From Dimorphilus gyrociliatus (Eukaryota > Animalia > Annelida): a stretch of DNA of 64,000 nucleotides. The stretch covers positions 1,488,001-1,552,000 of the forward strand of contig CAJFCJ010000010.1 of the NCBI GenBank assembly GCA_904063045.1. The letters are read 5' to 3'. Each line of letters opens with the position of its first letter. Position 1 is the stretch's first letter. Positions 1 to 13,220 of this stretch are shown piece after piece. The notes beneath the pieces are model-generated. The model was given only the letters and a program-made list of their open reading frames with translations, was not told where the DNA came from and ran no database searches. The translations under genes and the position numbers were made by a program.

Positions 1-1100
1 CCAAAAGAAGATACTATTCAAGATGTTGTGGTACCTCCCCAGAAGCCTAAAGAAGATACTATTCAAGACGTAGTGGTACCTCCCCAAAAGCCTAAAGAGG
101 ATACTATTCAAGATGTTGTGGTACCTCCCCAGAAACCTAAAGAAGATACCATTCAAGATGTAGTAGTACCTCCCCAAAAGCCTAAAGAAGATACCATTCA
201 AGATGTAGTGGTACCTCCCCAGAAGCCTAAAGAAGATACTATTCAAGATGTAATTGCTCCTCCGCAAAAGCCTATAGAAGATACCATTCAAGATGTAGTG
301 GTACCTCCCCAGAAACCTAAAGAAGATATTATTCAAGATGTAGTGGTACCTCCCCAGAAACCTAAAGAAGATACTATTCAAGATGTTGTGGTACCTCCAA
401 AAAAGCCAAAAGAAGATACTATTCAAGATGTTGTGGTACCTCCCCAGAAGCCTAAAGAAGATACTATTCAAGACGTAGTGGTACCTCCCCAAAAGCCTAA
501 AGAGGATACCATTCAAGATGTAGTGGTACCTCCCCAAAAGCCAAAAGAAGATACTATTCAAGATGTACTGGTACCTCCCCAAAAGCCTAAAGAGGATACC
601 ATTCAAGATGTAGTAGTACCTCCCCAAAAGCCAAAAGAAGATACTATTCAAGATGTAGTGGTACCTCCCCAGAAACCTAAAGAAGATACTATTCAAGATG
701 TAGTGGTACCTCCCCAAAAGCCTAAAGAAGATACTATTCAAGATGTAGTAGTACCTCCCCAAAAGCCAAAAGAAGATACTATTCAAGATGTAGTGGTACC
801 TCCCCAGAAACCTAAAGAAGATACTATTCAAGATGTAGTGGTACCTCCCCAAAAGCCTAAAGAAGATACTATTCAAGATGTAGTAGTACCTCCCCAAAAG
901 CCAAAAGAAGATACTATTCAAGATGTAGTGGTACCTCCCCAGAAACCTAAAGAGGATACCATTCAAGATGTAGTGGTACCTCCCCAAAAGCCTATAGAAG
1001 ATACCATTCAAGATGTAGTGGTACCTCCCCAAAAGCCTAAAGAGGATACCATTCAAGATGTAGTGGTACCTCCCCAAAAGCCACAAGAAGACACTATTCA
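1..1100 (+). repeat. 45-bp coding tandem repeat (15 aa PPQKPKEDTIQDVVV), 24 units from 34 to about 1100 plus a partial unit at the window edge
   Basis: Directly visible. Unit starts at 34 and 1069 are exactly 23x45 bp apart, and variation is mostly at synonymous positions. Confidence 0.98.
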
Positions 1101-2296
1101 AGAAACAACTACAGCTGCCATGAAGATCACGACACAAACTACCGAAAGAACCACCAGTCAGACGACGAAGAGAATCACTAGAAGAACCACAAAGAAGACT
1201 AGAATTACTAGAAAACCTGGTATAAATATTGAAAAAAATATGTTACATACTATATATCTTTTTCATAATTAGCTTATAAAAACATTTGCAAGTATGATGT
1301 AAAAGGAAAAGCTGGAAACACTGACTCATTTGTTTTGACTCTTTTGAAGTATATTAATCTATATAGAAGTCGGCAAAGATCAAGTAATATGCACAAATTG
1401 GTAATTCTAAATTTTGATTACAATTTTACAATTTTTGAGATTCATTTAAATGTGTTTATAGGAATGGAATGCAACATTAGCTTGTGATGCCAAAAAGACT
1501 TCAAGGCTCTGCCGAAAAGGATGGGCAAGAAATTATATGCAGGTAAGAAATTTGCTTGTTTTTGATTATATGTTCAAGAAACTAACTATACTCTTAATCA
1601 CAAATCATGAAATAGATGACAGATCGAGTAACTGATGCAGAGAGCTACTTTCCATCATCGGTTAACAAGTTTTCGGATAGTAGGATAATGAACAAGTTTC
1701 TCTATTATCGCATAACTCAGCGCTGGTTTAAATATGAACAAGAAAGCTATGATTATGTAACAGGAAGGTGCAGAAGAAACTGCGATAGATATAAAACAGT
1801 AACTTTTTTTGTATATTCTAAACTTCTGACTGATAAAAGTTTTTAAACAATCTATTCGGGAATAGCTTACTTTGGCTTCGGCAACTGAGATTGGATGCGC
1901 ATGGAATTTATGTCGTAGAAGTGGAGGAAAGTCAGATTTTTTTCTTGTATGTAATCTGACACCTGATTCAAATATAAAAAAGTATCCTAAACATCCTTTA
2001 AGACCCTTTTTGAAAGGAAAAGCTTGTAGTGAATGCAGATTTTGCGCAGGAACATACTGCGGTATGTCTTACTGATAAGATTGCGTGATGTGATAATTAA
2101 TATTAACTTTTTTCAGATTCAAGACATCCTTTACACCGATACGCAAACAAGTACGAATGCGCTAAATGTGTCAGATGTATTAAAGGATTATGCAGTAAGT
2201 TTAAAAAATTCAACAATAAAATTTTAATTTAAAAAAATTTCACCATTTCTCTATTCTCTAGCGAAATATTCTCACTATGCATATGGTTATATGTGA
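1..2296 (+). CDS. Tandem-repeat protein with C-terminal CAP/SCP (CRISP-like) domain and Cys-rich tail; 5' end lies outside the window; about 7 exons (1-1219, 1273-1400, 1462-1542, 1616-1798, 1866-2061, 2117-2194, 2262-2296)
   Basis: Open frame of PPQKPKEDTIQDVVV repeats, then a Thr/Arg-rich linker. GT-AG spliced exons then give LLKYINLYRSRQRSSNMHKL|EWNATLA, WFKYEQESYDY..C...C and ASATEIGCA..C......FLVCN, which follow the CAP fold pattern. Confidence 0.8.
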
Positions 2297-5200
2297 TTCA
2301 CTTTATGAATATTGTATACTACTGGAGGAAACCCATTGGAAAGTTTCAATGAAGATACAACCATAAAATAACATTTGTAACGATAACCAAAAAATTATTC
2401 TTGAGTAAAATACTGAATTTTCTTAATTCTTTTTATTTTCTTCTCTGTTTTTTCTTTCAAACTTTCCAATGTTCTTTATTTAGAAATCTCTATTATTTCT
2501 CGTCTTGGAAAAAATCTAGAAAACATATAAAAAAAAAGTATATATAAAAATTAATTATCAGAACTTAAATTCTTACTTGAAAAGGAAGGCTTAAACGGTT
2601 TTTTTGTTTAATTTCATGCAAAATCTTGTCTTGTTTTCTCTCCGTTAATAAATCAAGAAAGTCATTCAAGTTGTTTTAGCAAACACAAATCAACCTTTGA
2701 CTCTTTGCCTTAAGATTATCTATAAAAGAAGATTAATTTAATTATATTAATTAATAATATATAATAATAAACTCTGAATACTTGATATAATTATTAGAAT
2801 AAATGTAAATATACAAAATGTATTCATACGGTACATATCTAAATTTATATAATATTTCGAGCAAAGATTATTAATACAGATATAGAATATTATATTAAAT
2901 AAATCTATAACTGTAAAATATAAACCATTTTTGCAGTTGACACTTCCATTTTGCAGTTACGATGAAGATTCCAGTTTTTTATTATAATTTTTAAATGTTA
3001 GATATAAATTTTATAAAAGAAATTGACAAATTTTATAAAATCAATAAAGAAGAAACTTATATTCTGTTGAAAACATTTAGAGAGATTGATATAATAACAT
3101 AGGAGCCGATTATTATTATTATTATTAATATCAACGACACAATTAATTATCTAATTACTGATACTTATTAATAATGAAAAGAAATTTTCCGTAAGATTTA
3201 ATTAATTAGTTGGCTTCTAAAAGGGTATAGAAACAAACCAAACTAGAAATTCTTGAGTGTAGAATGGTGTATATGTATATATTACAGTATACAGCTATAT
3301 ACATTCTTATATACTGATTTAGTGTTGTGCGCAACAAGATGTTTAGGTCCCGATAGCTACTATTTATAATATTCGTACGTAACATAAATTTCTTGCTCAC
3401 CTGATAAAAATCATAACAAACAATTCGTCAAAGTATCCATTGTTTCTCTTTTTTCACCGATTATTTGCCTTACAAGATCATCCTTTTTTAAATATTAAAA
3501 AAGGATATGATCTACTAGACGTGTTTTACGATCAAACTACAGAATCTTTATATCTTCAATCTTTAGAAGTAATTTCTTAATGAGAGAATGTTTGCTTTCA
3601 TTGTTGACTGATAGATAGTGGATATAAATATTTAAAAATAGTTAGATAGACTTATTTTCCGCTGACAAAGATTCGTTTATCAGCGATTTTATAGACAAAC
3701 AAATGAAAATTAATTTGTTAGAATTAATTACAAGAATGATTTTTTTTCTATCCTTCCGGGAAGAAATTTCAGTTAAATAGTAGATTTTCCTGTTCCTTAT
3801 TTACGGAAAATATTGAGAGTATATTAGAAATAACGCGACAGTAAATAGTTAACATTTTCCTTCCATTGATCCATTTTCTAAAACGCTGAAATTATTATTA
3901 GTATAGAAAAAAATGTACTTTTACAATATTATTAAGTTTTATGTTTTCTTTTTACAGATTTTATTAGACCTACAATGGAGTATATTGTTATATTTTCTTC
4001 ATTTATTGTAGTCTTTGCAGTTGATAATAGTCTTCTCGTACAAAACTCTCCTTTTATATTAACTTTTCCATCTTTCTGATACTCCTATTCACTATTTAGC
4101 AACTTAAAAGGCAAATTGTTAAAAACTGAAGATAATAAATATATATATTTATATATTATTCATTATATTATATTATATATATATATAGTTAAATGACAAT
4201 GTTTCATTCATGACTTGAGGGTAAATTTACGAGTTTTATTAAATCCGAAGGATAAGGAAGTTGTTTTATTTTAATACAATAAAAATAGATAAGGAACTAA
4301 TCGTTTTTAATTACAAAAAATCATATAAGAAAAATGAATTGTTATTATAATATTAGTAAAAGAAATATACAAAAACTTCTTACAAACATCGATACTAATA
4401 CCTTTTATGTTTATATCTTTTTATTCCAATAATCATTCATAATTCTATATCGACAATACTTCTTCAATCTTTTAAAAGTCCAAAAGTTTTATCTATCTAT
4501 ATAGTTGATAATTACGAGAGAACGTTTTAATTCTTATGAGAATATTGATTAAATAGTCCTCTTTTAATATGCATATTCATTGTTGAAGATCCTTTTCATG
4601 ATATATTGTAAAATTATGGTTCGTAGTGACGAAACTTTGATTTATAGTGTAAAGACGTAGAAACTTTCATCATCTTATATTTTCTTTGGTATTTTTTATA
4701 ATCATGGTCGAAATGAACAAAATACTGTTACTGGAAATAACGAGAACGAGTTTTTCTCATAGCAATAGAATGCTTTTTTTTAAATAGACAATTAGAATAA
4801 TATGAACCTTTTTCCATTTCTAGTAAAAAACTAAAACTATATATAAATATAAATGTAATACACATCATTGGAGAAAAATTACTGATAACTGGATACTTTA
4901 TAAATAACGTTCACTAGACCAAATATTGGATTAGAAAAAAAAAACTACAAACAAATGACCACGAATTGTTTAACTATAATAGAATAAAAGAATATACAAG
5001 TGAGATGTTGGAGTTTTTTTTGTCACAAAACATCCGACAAAGTTTGTTTTTTTCTTTTCTCCCAGATAAAGAAGTGTATAGGATTATTTTTTTATATTTT
5101 CAAACGTTAACTCTACACAAGTAAAGTCTCTTTCGTGACCTGCTAATTGCGTTTCTTCTTTCGAATAAAAAAATGATAGTAGATACTTCACATACTAAGA

Positions 5201-5353
5201 GTTTTTTTTTTGTGGAACGAATGATATCTGTACAAAATTTTAAATATGAAACTAAAAATTCTTCTATTTCTTGTTTGTTTGTTTTTGTTTGTTTGTTCGT
5301 TTTTGAAAAAAATATATCATTAACATAACAAAGTCGGATGAGGAATATTGTAA

Positions 5354-8300
5354 TTAATGTCTCTCTTGTCTGAGACCAGCTAAAGTACGTTGGACATTAG
5401 CCAAAACATTCCCAGGCAAATTAATGCCCCTAGCGATGTTTGAAATATTCTCATGGTGAGCCTGTAAATATATATAAAAAAAACATATTTTTTTTAAAAG
5501 TATTAATACATTAAAGAAATTTTTTTCCTTTTTTAATCGAAAATAGCTTTTTTTTTAACATTAAAATCATTTTCTTTTGATTTTTTTTTTCTTTCTCTTC
5601 CTTTTTTTTCAAAGAATGAAAAATTTCGAAATCAGATTTTTACACATATTATAAAAGATTAAAATGAGTCAACTTGAATTGTGTAATACATTTAAAACGT
5701 ATCGCTTCTTCTATTTAAATAAAAGATAAAATTCATATATAAAAATGTATACAGTATATACTCAAATAATACTTTATAATGGGTGTTCAGACAATTTTCT
5801 TAAACTTTTACGAAGCTACGGTTGAAGGGTAAATCATTCACGAGAGACGGTTCATTTTTCAATTATCTCAATAAGAATTTACGAAGATTTATGAATGGTT
5901 ACTTATTAGCGAATTTTTACCATTTTGAAAGTACGAAATTATTGGAATAAGCTTTATAAAACAGTATACATTTTATATGTATATTCTTAAAATTTAATTA
6001 AAATTGTATTTCGAGAATTGTCCCGCACTTTATAATCGAATATGCTGAACACCCTTCCTCTCTTTTTTGCTATAAATATTTTCTTCCCTTATTCAATAAT
6101 TCAACTAATTGAATAATTTCAAATTGTATTTAGATATTTACAAAAAAAGAAAATCATTCAAGGTTAAGTTATGTATCTATTTTTTTTCTTTCTTTCAGAA
6201 ATTTTTAACACCATACAGAAAAAAAAAGAAGCATATATCATTTTAAGAACGTCTTTTTTTTTTTACCCCAAATATTAACAATATCTATTATTTTAAAGAG
6301 AATAACAAATAGAAAATCCTCTTAGAATCTTTAATATAGAACAAACTGTAACAAGATTAGCTTGTAGATGATGATTTAAAACAAATAGCCCAATGATTTT
6401 CCACGTTAGGAATATACAACTCGTTTAGAATGTTTCTACCAAATCTTAAAAGAAAATAAATGCTGAATTGTACACTAATTAATTATCTTTTTCTTTTTTC
6501 AACGGCAATTTATAAATCAAATGGATAGCAAATGCTTAAGGACAATATCTAAATTTTATCACAGACAGTGGCGTTTTTACTTTAAATAAAAAAAAATCAT
6601 GTGGAAAAAAACTGAATATCAAAATAATAAAAAATATGTATAAATATATATATGCTGTGGATATATCTCGATAGATAAAAGTAAAAATATACACAAATTT
6701 TTTCTATAAACAAAAGTTTATCTGTCGATTTATAAATCATGTTAAAAACCATTGAACCGAATATCTTTACCATGGTGGTTCGTTTATAGATCTGATTACG
6801 TAACAAGTTAATAACATACGAGAAACCTTACAAAAGTCGTTTTTTCGTTGAGTAAAGAGTTTAAAAAAAAGGAGGTCGAAAAGTACTCACCCCTGGACCA
6901 CTGAAACCTCCATCAAAATTTGGTGGAATAGGTGGTGGTTGCATAGCTCTTTGTCGATCTCTCATCTGCAAATATATACATTTTTGGATAAATCTTCCTT
7001 TCTTTTTTAAACGTATAATTAACTATTACCATAGCTTGTGGTGGTGGCATACGATCATCCTGATCATCCATATTCCTATGAGATTCAATTTATATTTATA
7101 ATATAACAAAAAACCGATTTGCATAATTGTAATAATGGATTTAGACTTACATTCCAACATTCATACCCATTGGAGGGATTCGATACCCCGTGTTACGATG
7201 GATCCCTTCCTCTAGTTTTCGAAGCTCTTGTTCTCTCCTCTGAATCTCTTCTCTCATTATTCTTGCTTGATGTTCTTTGTATACTAGATCCATTTCCTGT
7301 TCAATCTGTTTCATATCTTCTTCAAAACGCTGTCTAATTTGCTCTTTTCTTTCCATATCTTGTTGATATAAAGATTTCCATTTTAAACCAATATCATAAT
7401 CAAACGTTCCTGGTTCAGCGAACCTTGGGCCTTGTTCTCTAGCAGCGTAATATTGATTTGACTTCACAATGGAGTTTTCGCTTTGTCCATCTTCATCATC
7501 ATTTAAATCTAACATTTCAACAACAATGGGGCGCAATTCACTGTTTAATAAAAATTAACATGTTTTTTTGTCAAGATCTGTGAATATATAACTTACGATG
7601 TGAGAAAGAAAACGCGACTATTTATAGACTGAAGAGCTTTCTGAGCTGCGTTCTTGCGATTATACTCAACGATACCTTCTCCAATTGGTTTACCTTTGTC
7701 ATCTACAATAACAACAGCTCGGTCCACCTTACCAAACTGACTAAATGCTTCGTGAAGAATTTCATTTGAAACGTAAGGCGAAAGATGCTTAACTTTCAGA
7801 GCTTTTTGTACGGACGCAAATCTCACGCGAACGCTCCTGCCACATATTTGAGCATAATCCATTGCAGATTTTGCTTTAGCTGCCACTTCCGGGGAAGACT
7901 GAAATTGAATATTTTGATGAAGAGAATAAAAAGTATAAAGTTGTTCATACTTACGAAGCTTACAAAAGCAAAACTCTTAGCAGAATTAACAAACAGTTCA
8001 GTAATATCACCGAATTTCTTGAAAACGTCTGTCATGGTTTTCTCGTCTGCTTCCTTTGCAAGATTTCCTATAAATAGTCGACATTTACCGAGAGGTTTTG
8101 TATTAGGCCCATTAGATGAATGAGAATTTGATTCAGAACGTTGACTAGCCACTGAATCTCGATCGCTTTTTTCTTTTGATCTATGATTATTTTCGTTAGA
8201 AATGCCATCTGATTGCATTAATTCTGACTTCACGTCGTTATCATCCTTGATCTTTTCAGCTTCTCTCTTTTCTTGTTTTATTTGAGGTTCCGAGTTTTTT

Positions 8301-8533
8301 TCGTTAGATTTATCATCGTAAGATCTCTTTCCAGGGCCAGGTTTCCTCGGCTCATCGTTCTTGAACCGGTTACGATCTCGATCATCTCTGTAATCTCGAC
8401 GATAATTGTCTCTACCAAAACCTCCTCTGTGTGGTCCTCCTCGTTCTGGTCTTCCTCTATCATTGAAATTGTGTGGTCCTCTACCTCCTCTACCCATATG
8501 ACTCATTTGTCCTCTTCCACGAGGCCTATGCAT
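5354..8533 (-). CDS. NONO: DBHS-family RNA-binding protein (NONO/SFPQ/PSPC1/hrp65-like): RGG/RD N-terminus, two RRMs, NOPS, coiled coil; putative last exon 5461-5354
   Basis: RRM1 CRLFIGNL...KSFAFVSF, RRM2 ALKVKHLSPYVSNEILHEAFSQFGKVDRAVVIVDDKGKPIGEGIVEY, NOPS RPIVVE...REQGPRFAEPGTFDY, then a charged coiled coil. Further in-phase exons lie at about 7090-7031, 6966-6891 and 5461-5354. Confidence 0.92.
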
Positions 8534-8599
8534 TGCAAATTGGTATTTATAACTTCTTCTCCAATATTTCTTTTTAATGGAACAGACGGATGTAAACTA

Positions 8600-8611
8600 T
8601 GCGCATGCGCA
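8600..8611. promoter_or_regulatory. Perfect NRF1/EWG-type palindrome TGCGCATGCGCA in the NONO/SmB bidirectional promoter
   Basis: Exact 12-bp palindrome about 70 bp upstream of the NONO ATG, in a roughly 730-bp head-to-head interval. Confidence 0.65.
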
Positions 8612-9263
8612 GTTAGTTTCACAAATAAAGCGAAGAAAGTGTATTATTCGAAAAACCTATAACCATAAATATAATTTCTTTAAAGTTTATAAATTTCTAT
8701 AAATTAATTAATTTTACAGTTTTAGGTGCTTTGAAAGATTTAGGTATATTTTTAATGAGCATGCGTACAACGTTAAGGAAACGGAAGCTCTCAAGACGCT
8801 ACCAGATCGACTTCCGATCGATAAGTTTACAATCTAGCGATCAATTATCGAATAGATATTTTTCAGAAAATTAGTTAAATGTTTAAAAATCCCAACATTA
8901 TTCCGCCAAAGCTATTCAGATTTATAGGTTTATGTCCAATTTATGAAATTTCACATTGCCATTTAAGTTTATTTTAAACTTGTAAATGCAAAGTTATTAA
9001 AAGTGCTTCTCCAGATTCTGAAAAATTGCTATTCTATCAATACTATTAGCTAAAAACTTTTTACAGATTCCATAATTTTCATAACTTTGCAAAATTTGTA
9101 ACATGAAAAGATTGAAATCGAATTGCCAACTGATATTTGTTATTAATCGAATCGAAACTGTCGGTACCTGAATCAGATCGGATAGCGAATTGAAACCGGT
9201 ATCTGGTATTCAGACAAACTACTTTTGATCGTTAAAATAGTATAATCTCAATTAAAACTAAAT

Positions 9264-10241
9264 ATGGTAAGCAATTCTGAAATGTATAATAATTTTCGAT
9301 AATTTAATGTGATTTTTATCTTTCGATTACTTGTAATTCAAAAGATAGTTGCAGATTTTCAATGTGTCCCTCTATTTTTCGTTCTTCAGCCTCTTATTTA
9401 TATTTTTATGCGTATAATTGTTAATTTTTTTATATTAACGATCTCTCTTTCAGATCGGGAAAAGTTCAAAAATGATGCAACATATAAACTACAGAATGCG
9501 ATGCTGCCTTCAAGACGGCCGAACATTTGTAGGAACATTTAAGGTATAGTAGTCTAATATTTGGTTTACGCTTTTCCCCTTAAAAGCAACTTTCAATTTA
9601 ATATGCTAGAGTACAAAAATTGAGTTGTATAGGTCCTAAATGAAAATTTTATTTCGGTTAAACTCAAAATTCTTTAAAAGATTTAGTTTTATAAAATGGT
9701 CTAACTATTTCATTTTAAATATCATCAAAATTTTCAATATCTTAAGTACCAGTCATATTAATAATAATCAGTAGCTGAAAATATATTTGAAATGTATCTA
9801 AATTTATTTCCTTTTTTTTAGGCATTTGACAAGCACATGAACCTTATTTTAGGAGACTGTGATGAATTTCGTAAAGTTAAAACAAAGAAAGGTGACAAAC
9901 CAGGCGAGCGTGAAGAGAAGAGAGTACTCGGTTTAGTTTTACTCAGAGGAGAACATTTAGTATCTATGACCGTTGAAGGTCCACCTCCTCCTGAAGAAAA
10001 TGTTGCCAGAGTCCCTCTATCAGCTGCAGGAGCTCTAGGTGGTCCAGGCATCGGAAGAGCAGCAGGTAGAGGCGTTGCGGGCCCCACAGGTGTTGCACCC
10101 GGCCTTTCAGGTCCCGTCAGAGGTGTTGGTGGACCTGCTCAACAGCAAATGCAGCCAGGCTTTAGAGGTCCACCGCCAAGAGGACCGCCAATGGGACAAC
10201 CTCCAATGGGTCGCGCAATGCCGCGACCACCAGGCTATTAA
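9264..10241 (+). CDS. SNRPB: Small nuclear ribonucleoprotein Sm B/B'; exons 9264-9266 (ATG only), 9454-9543, 9822-10241
   Basis: Spliced product M|[30 protein letters not shown]|[20 protein letters not shown]...[25 protein letters not shown], with a GRG- and Pro-rich tail. Confidence 0.97.
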
Positions 10242-11274
10242 AACTTAAACGATTGTAAATTATCTTTATTTTCAATAGTATATTTTTGAAGTTGCGTCTA
10301 AATCATGTATCTTTCTTCAAAATTTATGATTTCCCATTGATAAAAAGAAGTAAGGGAATACTTCAGTAAATTTTGAAGCTGATAATTGTTAACGTTCCAA
10401 ATTTGGTTCATGTCTATAGCCTTCGGTCAAGATATTCATAAAAAAGAAAAAGAGGTATTTAACCGAAATGGTTTTTGTTACGTTACTGTAAAAAAATTAT
10501 TTGAAAAAATATATCTTTCAACAGCATAGATATATGTTTTAATTTACGTTATATCAATTTTTTACAGTTTCAACTCATAAGTTGTAATATAAATAAATCT
10601 TTTTACAAAAGACAAATCTTGTGTCAATTTACACTCTTTTATCTTCATTATGTGTAATTGATAAATTGCGTAATATCAAAATATTGCACAATTTAGATAT
10701 GCAGCGTTTGAAGGTTAAAGTTAGATGGCGTTAGCTTCAAAGTAAAATTCCATATTGGTTGTTGCGTCATATGTGAATAGTTTACAAAACTTATATATCA
10801 CCAATTTCTAAACTGTGTGAAAGCAGTACGTCGACAAATATGAATTAATAGGAAATTGGTCGCTCACATACCAGTTTATCCGTGTTCTCTAACGATAGGA
10901 AGAATTCTAATCTTTTGTTCTTATAAAGTGCCGGCAATTTAGGTAACATATATATATATAGTATATACTGTATGTAAATTTATATATATTCTTGTACATA
11001 AATAAATGATTTTAATACAGTATAGGATTTAACATCTGTCAGATCTAAAAGACAATAATCATCTCCGTGTTTAGGATAAAAGGACGTCTTTCTTTCATTA
11101 TGTGTCGTAGCAAGATAATCTATAAAATTTTTGGATTGGATAGCACTCTTTATCGTCCCAACGAACCATCTAAATTTCCTACAGCTGACTTTAAATATTT
11201 TCGAATGCATAAAACTCAAGTTGCAAAGGGTAACTATTGATTTATAAACTTTATGGTAAAGTTGTACAACAATA

Positions 11275-12238
11275 ATGATTGATTTAAAATATACAGAAAA
11301 TCCAAGGATACTTTTCTCAGATAACGTAAAGAACTGGCTCGTTCCATCGATATGCGGAGGTTTATCTTGGGGAATGCTTCATGCTTCACTTGCTCCTCTT
11401 GACTTTTTAAAATGTAGAAAACAAGTGATTAACAGTTCTCACATATATGAAGGTACCATGAAATTGGATAGCTTAAGAAGCACCTTTAGGGGATTGAATC
11501 CTACACTATTAGGATATTCGATTCAGGGAATAGGAAAGATAGTATTATTCGATTTTTTCAAATCATACTACTCACAACCGACCAGTCTCGGAACTGGCAA
11601 TGGATTTATTGTATGTATTGCTTCTAGTTTAACTGCAGAATTTTACACATGCATTAGCCTTTGTCCTTTTGAGAGTGTAAAAATGAAATTCTACTTTCAA
11701 CCCGATTGGGCTAAATTATCAGTTTATAAAGCGATGACTAGAATAGTAAAAGAAGAAGGACTTGTTGGTTTATATAGAGGTTTAAAACCTCTATTAGCTA
11801 GGCAGACAATATTTACATCTGCATTTTTTACCTGTTATGAACAGAATATTAAGTATATATCTTCCAATTTAGGAAAACCTATAGACGAATATTCAACACT
11901 TGAAAAGTTATTTATAACCTTTGCAGCTGGTTATACAGCTGGTTTCCAAAGTTCAATAATTAGTCATCCGGCTGATACAATTTTTTCAAAATTGTATTAT
12001 AATGATACAAATATTAAAGAAATCGTCAAAAAATCAAGCATTTTATGTTGGTATTCTAACCTAAAATAAACCGTATAAAAATTTATTAACTTATAATAAA
12101 TAAAAAATCTTTCCAATAGGTTTATGGAGAGGAATTTTACCTCGAGTATTAATGGTTAGCGTCATTGTAGCAGTTCAAATGGTCATTAATGAATCAATAA
12201 AAACATATTTAAAATCTCACAAAACTGAACAATATTAA
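11275..12238 (+). CDS. SLC25A3: Mitochondrial carrier, phosphate carrier (SLC25A3/Mir1)-like, divergent; one short intron near the 3' end
   Basis: Three carrier signatures (APLDFLKCR, CPFESVKM, SHPADTIFSK), PiC-like HASLAPLD, AEF and GLYRGLKPLLARQ, and a last exon LWRGILPRVLMV...IKTYL ending in TAA at 12236-12238. Confidence 0.85.
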
Positions 12239-12359
12239 TTATTACTAAATAAAAAGAAGAATAGTGAGCAACAATACAATTGACTGATTGATTGACTGAC
12301 TGACTGAATTTTGAATATTAATCTGTTTCTTTTCTTTCTTTACAGAATAAACTTTTTAA

Positions 12360-13220
12360 TCAGGCTTCAGTTAAATCGTCGTTATAATATAAGAGTATGG
12401 GCTGAAGGAATACATCGTCATTTATTCCTAAATCGTAAAAGTCTTGATCCTCATCTAAAATACTATTCTCGCTCAGTGTTTGATCCATATTCAATTCACG
12501 ACAATCATATTTCCAAGTATAACTCGAAGCGTGAGCGTTATACTTAAAATAACGTTTCCGTATCTCATTCATTGTTTCCTCGGAACACACCTATAAAGTA
12601 ATCAATAAACGACCTTTGAATATAGGAAATTACATTTTTCACTCTAATTCTTACCTCTAATACCTCACTTTCAGAAGTAAGAGTATTTATAATCTTTATA
12701 CGGCGAGTTTTAACGGACAATTGACCGATACAGTAACTTTCGTCCCTCCACCAAGGTCTACCGAAATCGTTTGCCCAAGAGGAATCGGGATACGGTGGCG
12801 GTACATGGATAAAACGACCATAAGGAGTAAAGGGAATTTTACACCCTGTAACAGGATCTATGTAACTTCTAACCTAAACATCAATTATTAAATCGATTAG
12901 AAAAGAAAACATGATATGTTCTCTGCATGTAATAAAGAATATACTGACATTTTTTGTTTTCGTATCAAACCAATGGGATATATCTGTTCCTCCAGCCTGT
13001 AATATTGGTTTGAGTAAAATATCTCCTAGAAGAAAAGTTCAATTATTCACAATATTAATAATTCTGTCAATCTTTTCTCTGATAAACCTTTATATCTTTC
13101 GCATAGTATTGTCAAATCGTAAACTTTTCCCAAAAACGATACCCATATATCTTCGGTGCTATTATGAACACTTACTTCGCAAGGAGTAAAAAACTTTGGT
13201 CGACCCGATTTTTGCGTCAT
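12360..13220 (-). CDS. CYB5D1: Cytochrome b5 domain-containing protein 1 (ciliary axonemal protein)
   Basis: [28 protein letters not shown] at the N-terminus and [12 protein letters not shown]...[16 protein letters not shown]...[13 protein letters not shown] at the C-terminus match the CYB5D1 pattern. ATG at 13220. Confidence 0.93.

Noticed and set aside
1-1100. Regular 45-bp repeat array as a CRISPR array or satellite
   Set aside because: There are no unique spacers. It is an uninterrupted reading frame with synonymous variation that splices to CAP exons.
2400-5300. Short protein-like frames (e.g. ORF 3206-3400 minus, fragments near 3650 and 3975 plus)
   Set aside because: No recognisable motif and no consistent phase-compatible exon chain; likely UTR or intergenic DNA.
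7119-8662. Plus-strand ORFs overlapping NONO, and similar antisense ORFs over MK2, DYRK2, Gab, TATDN2 and TTLL10
   Set aside because: Shadow frames of well-supported genes on the opposite strand or in another frame.
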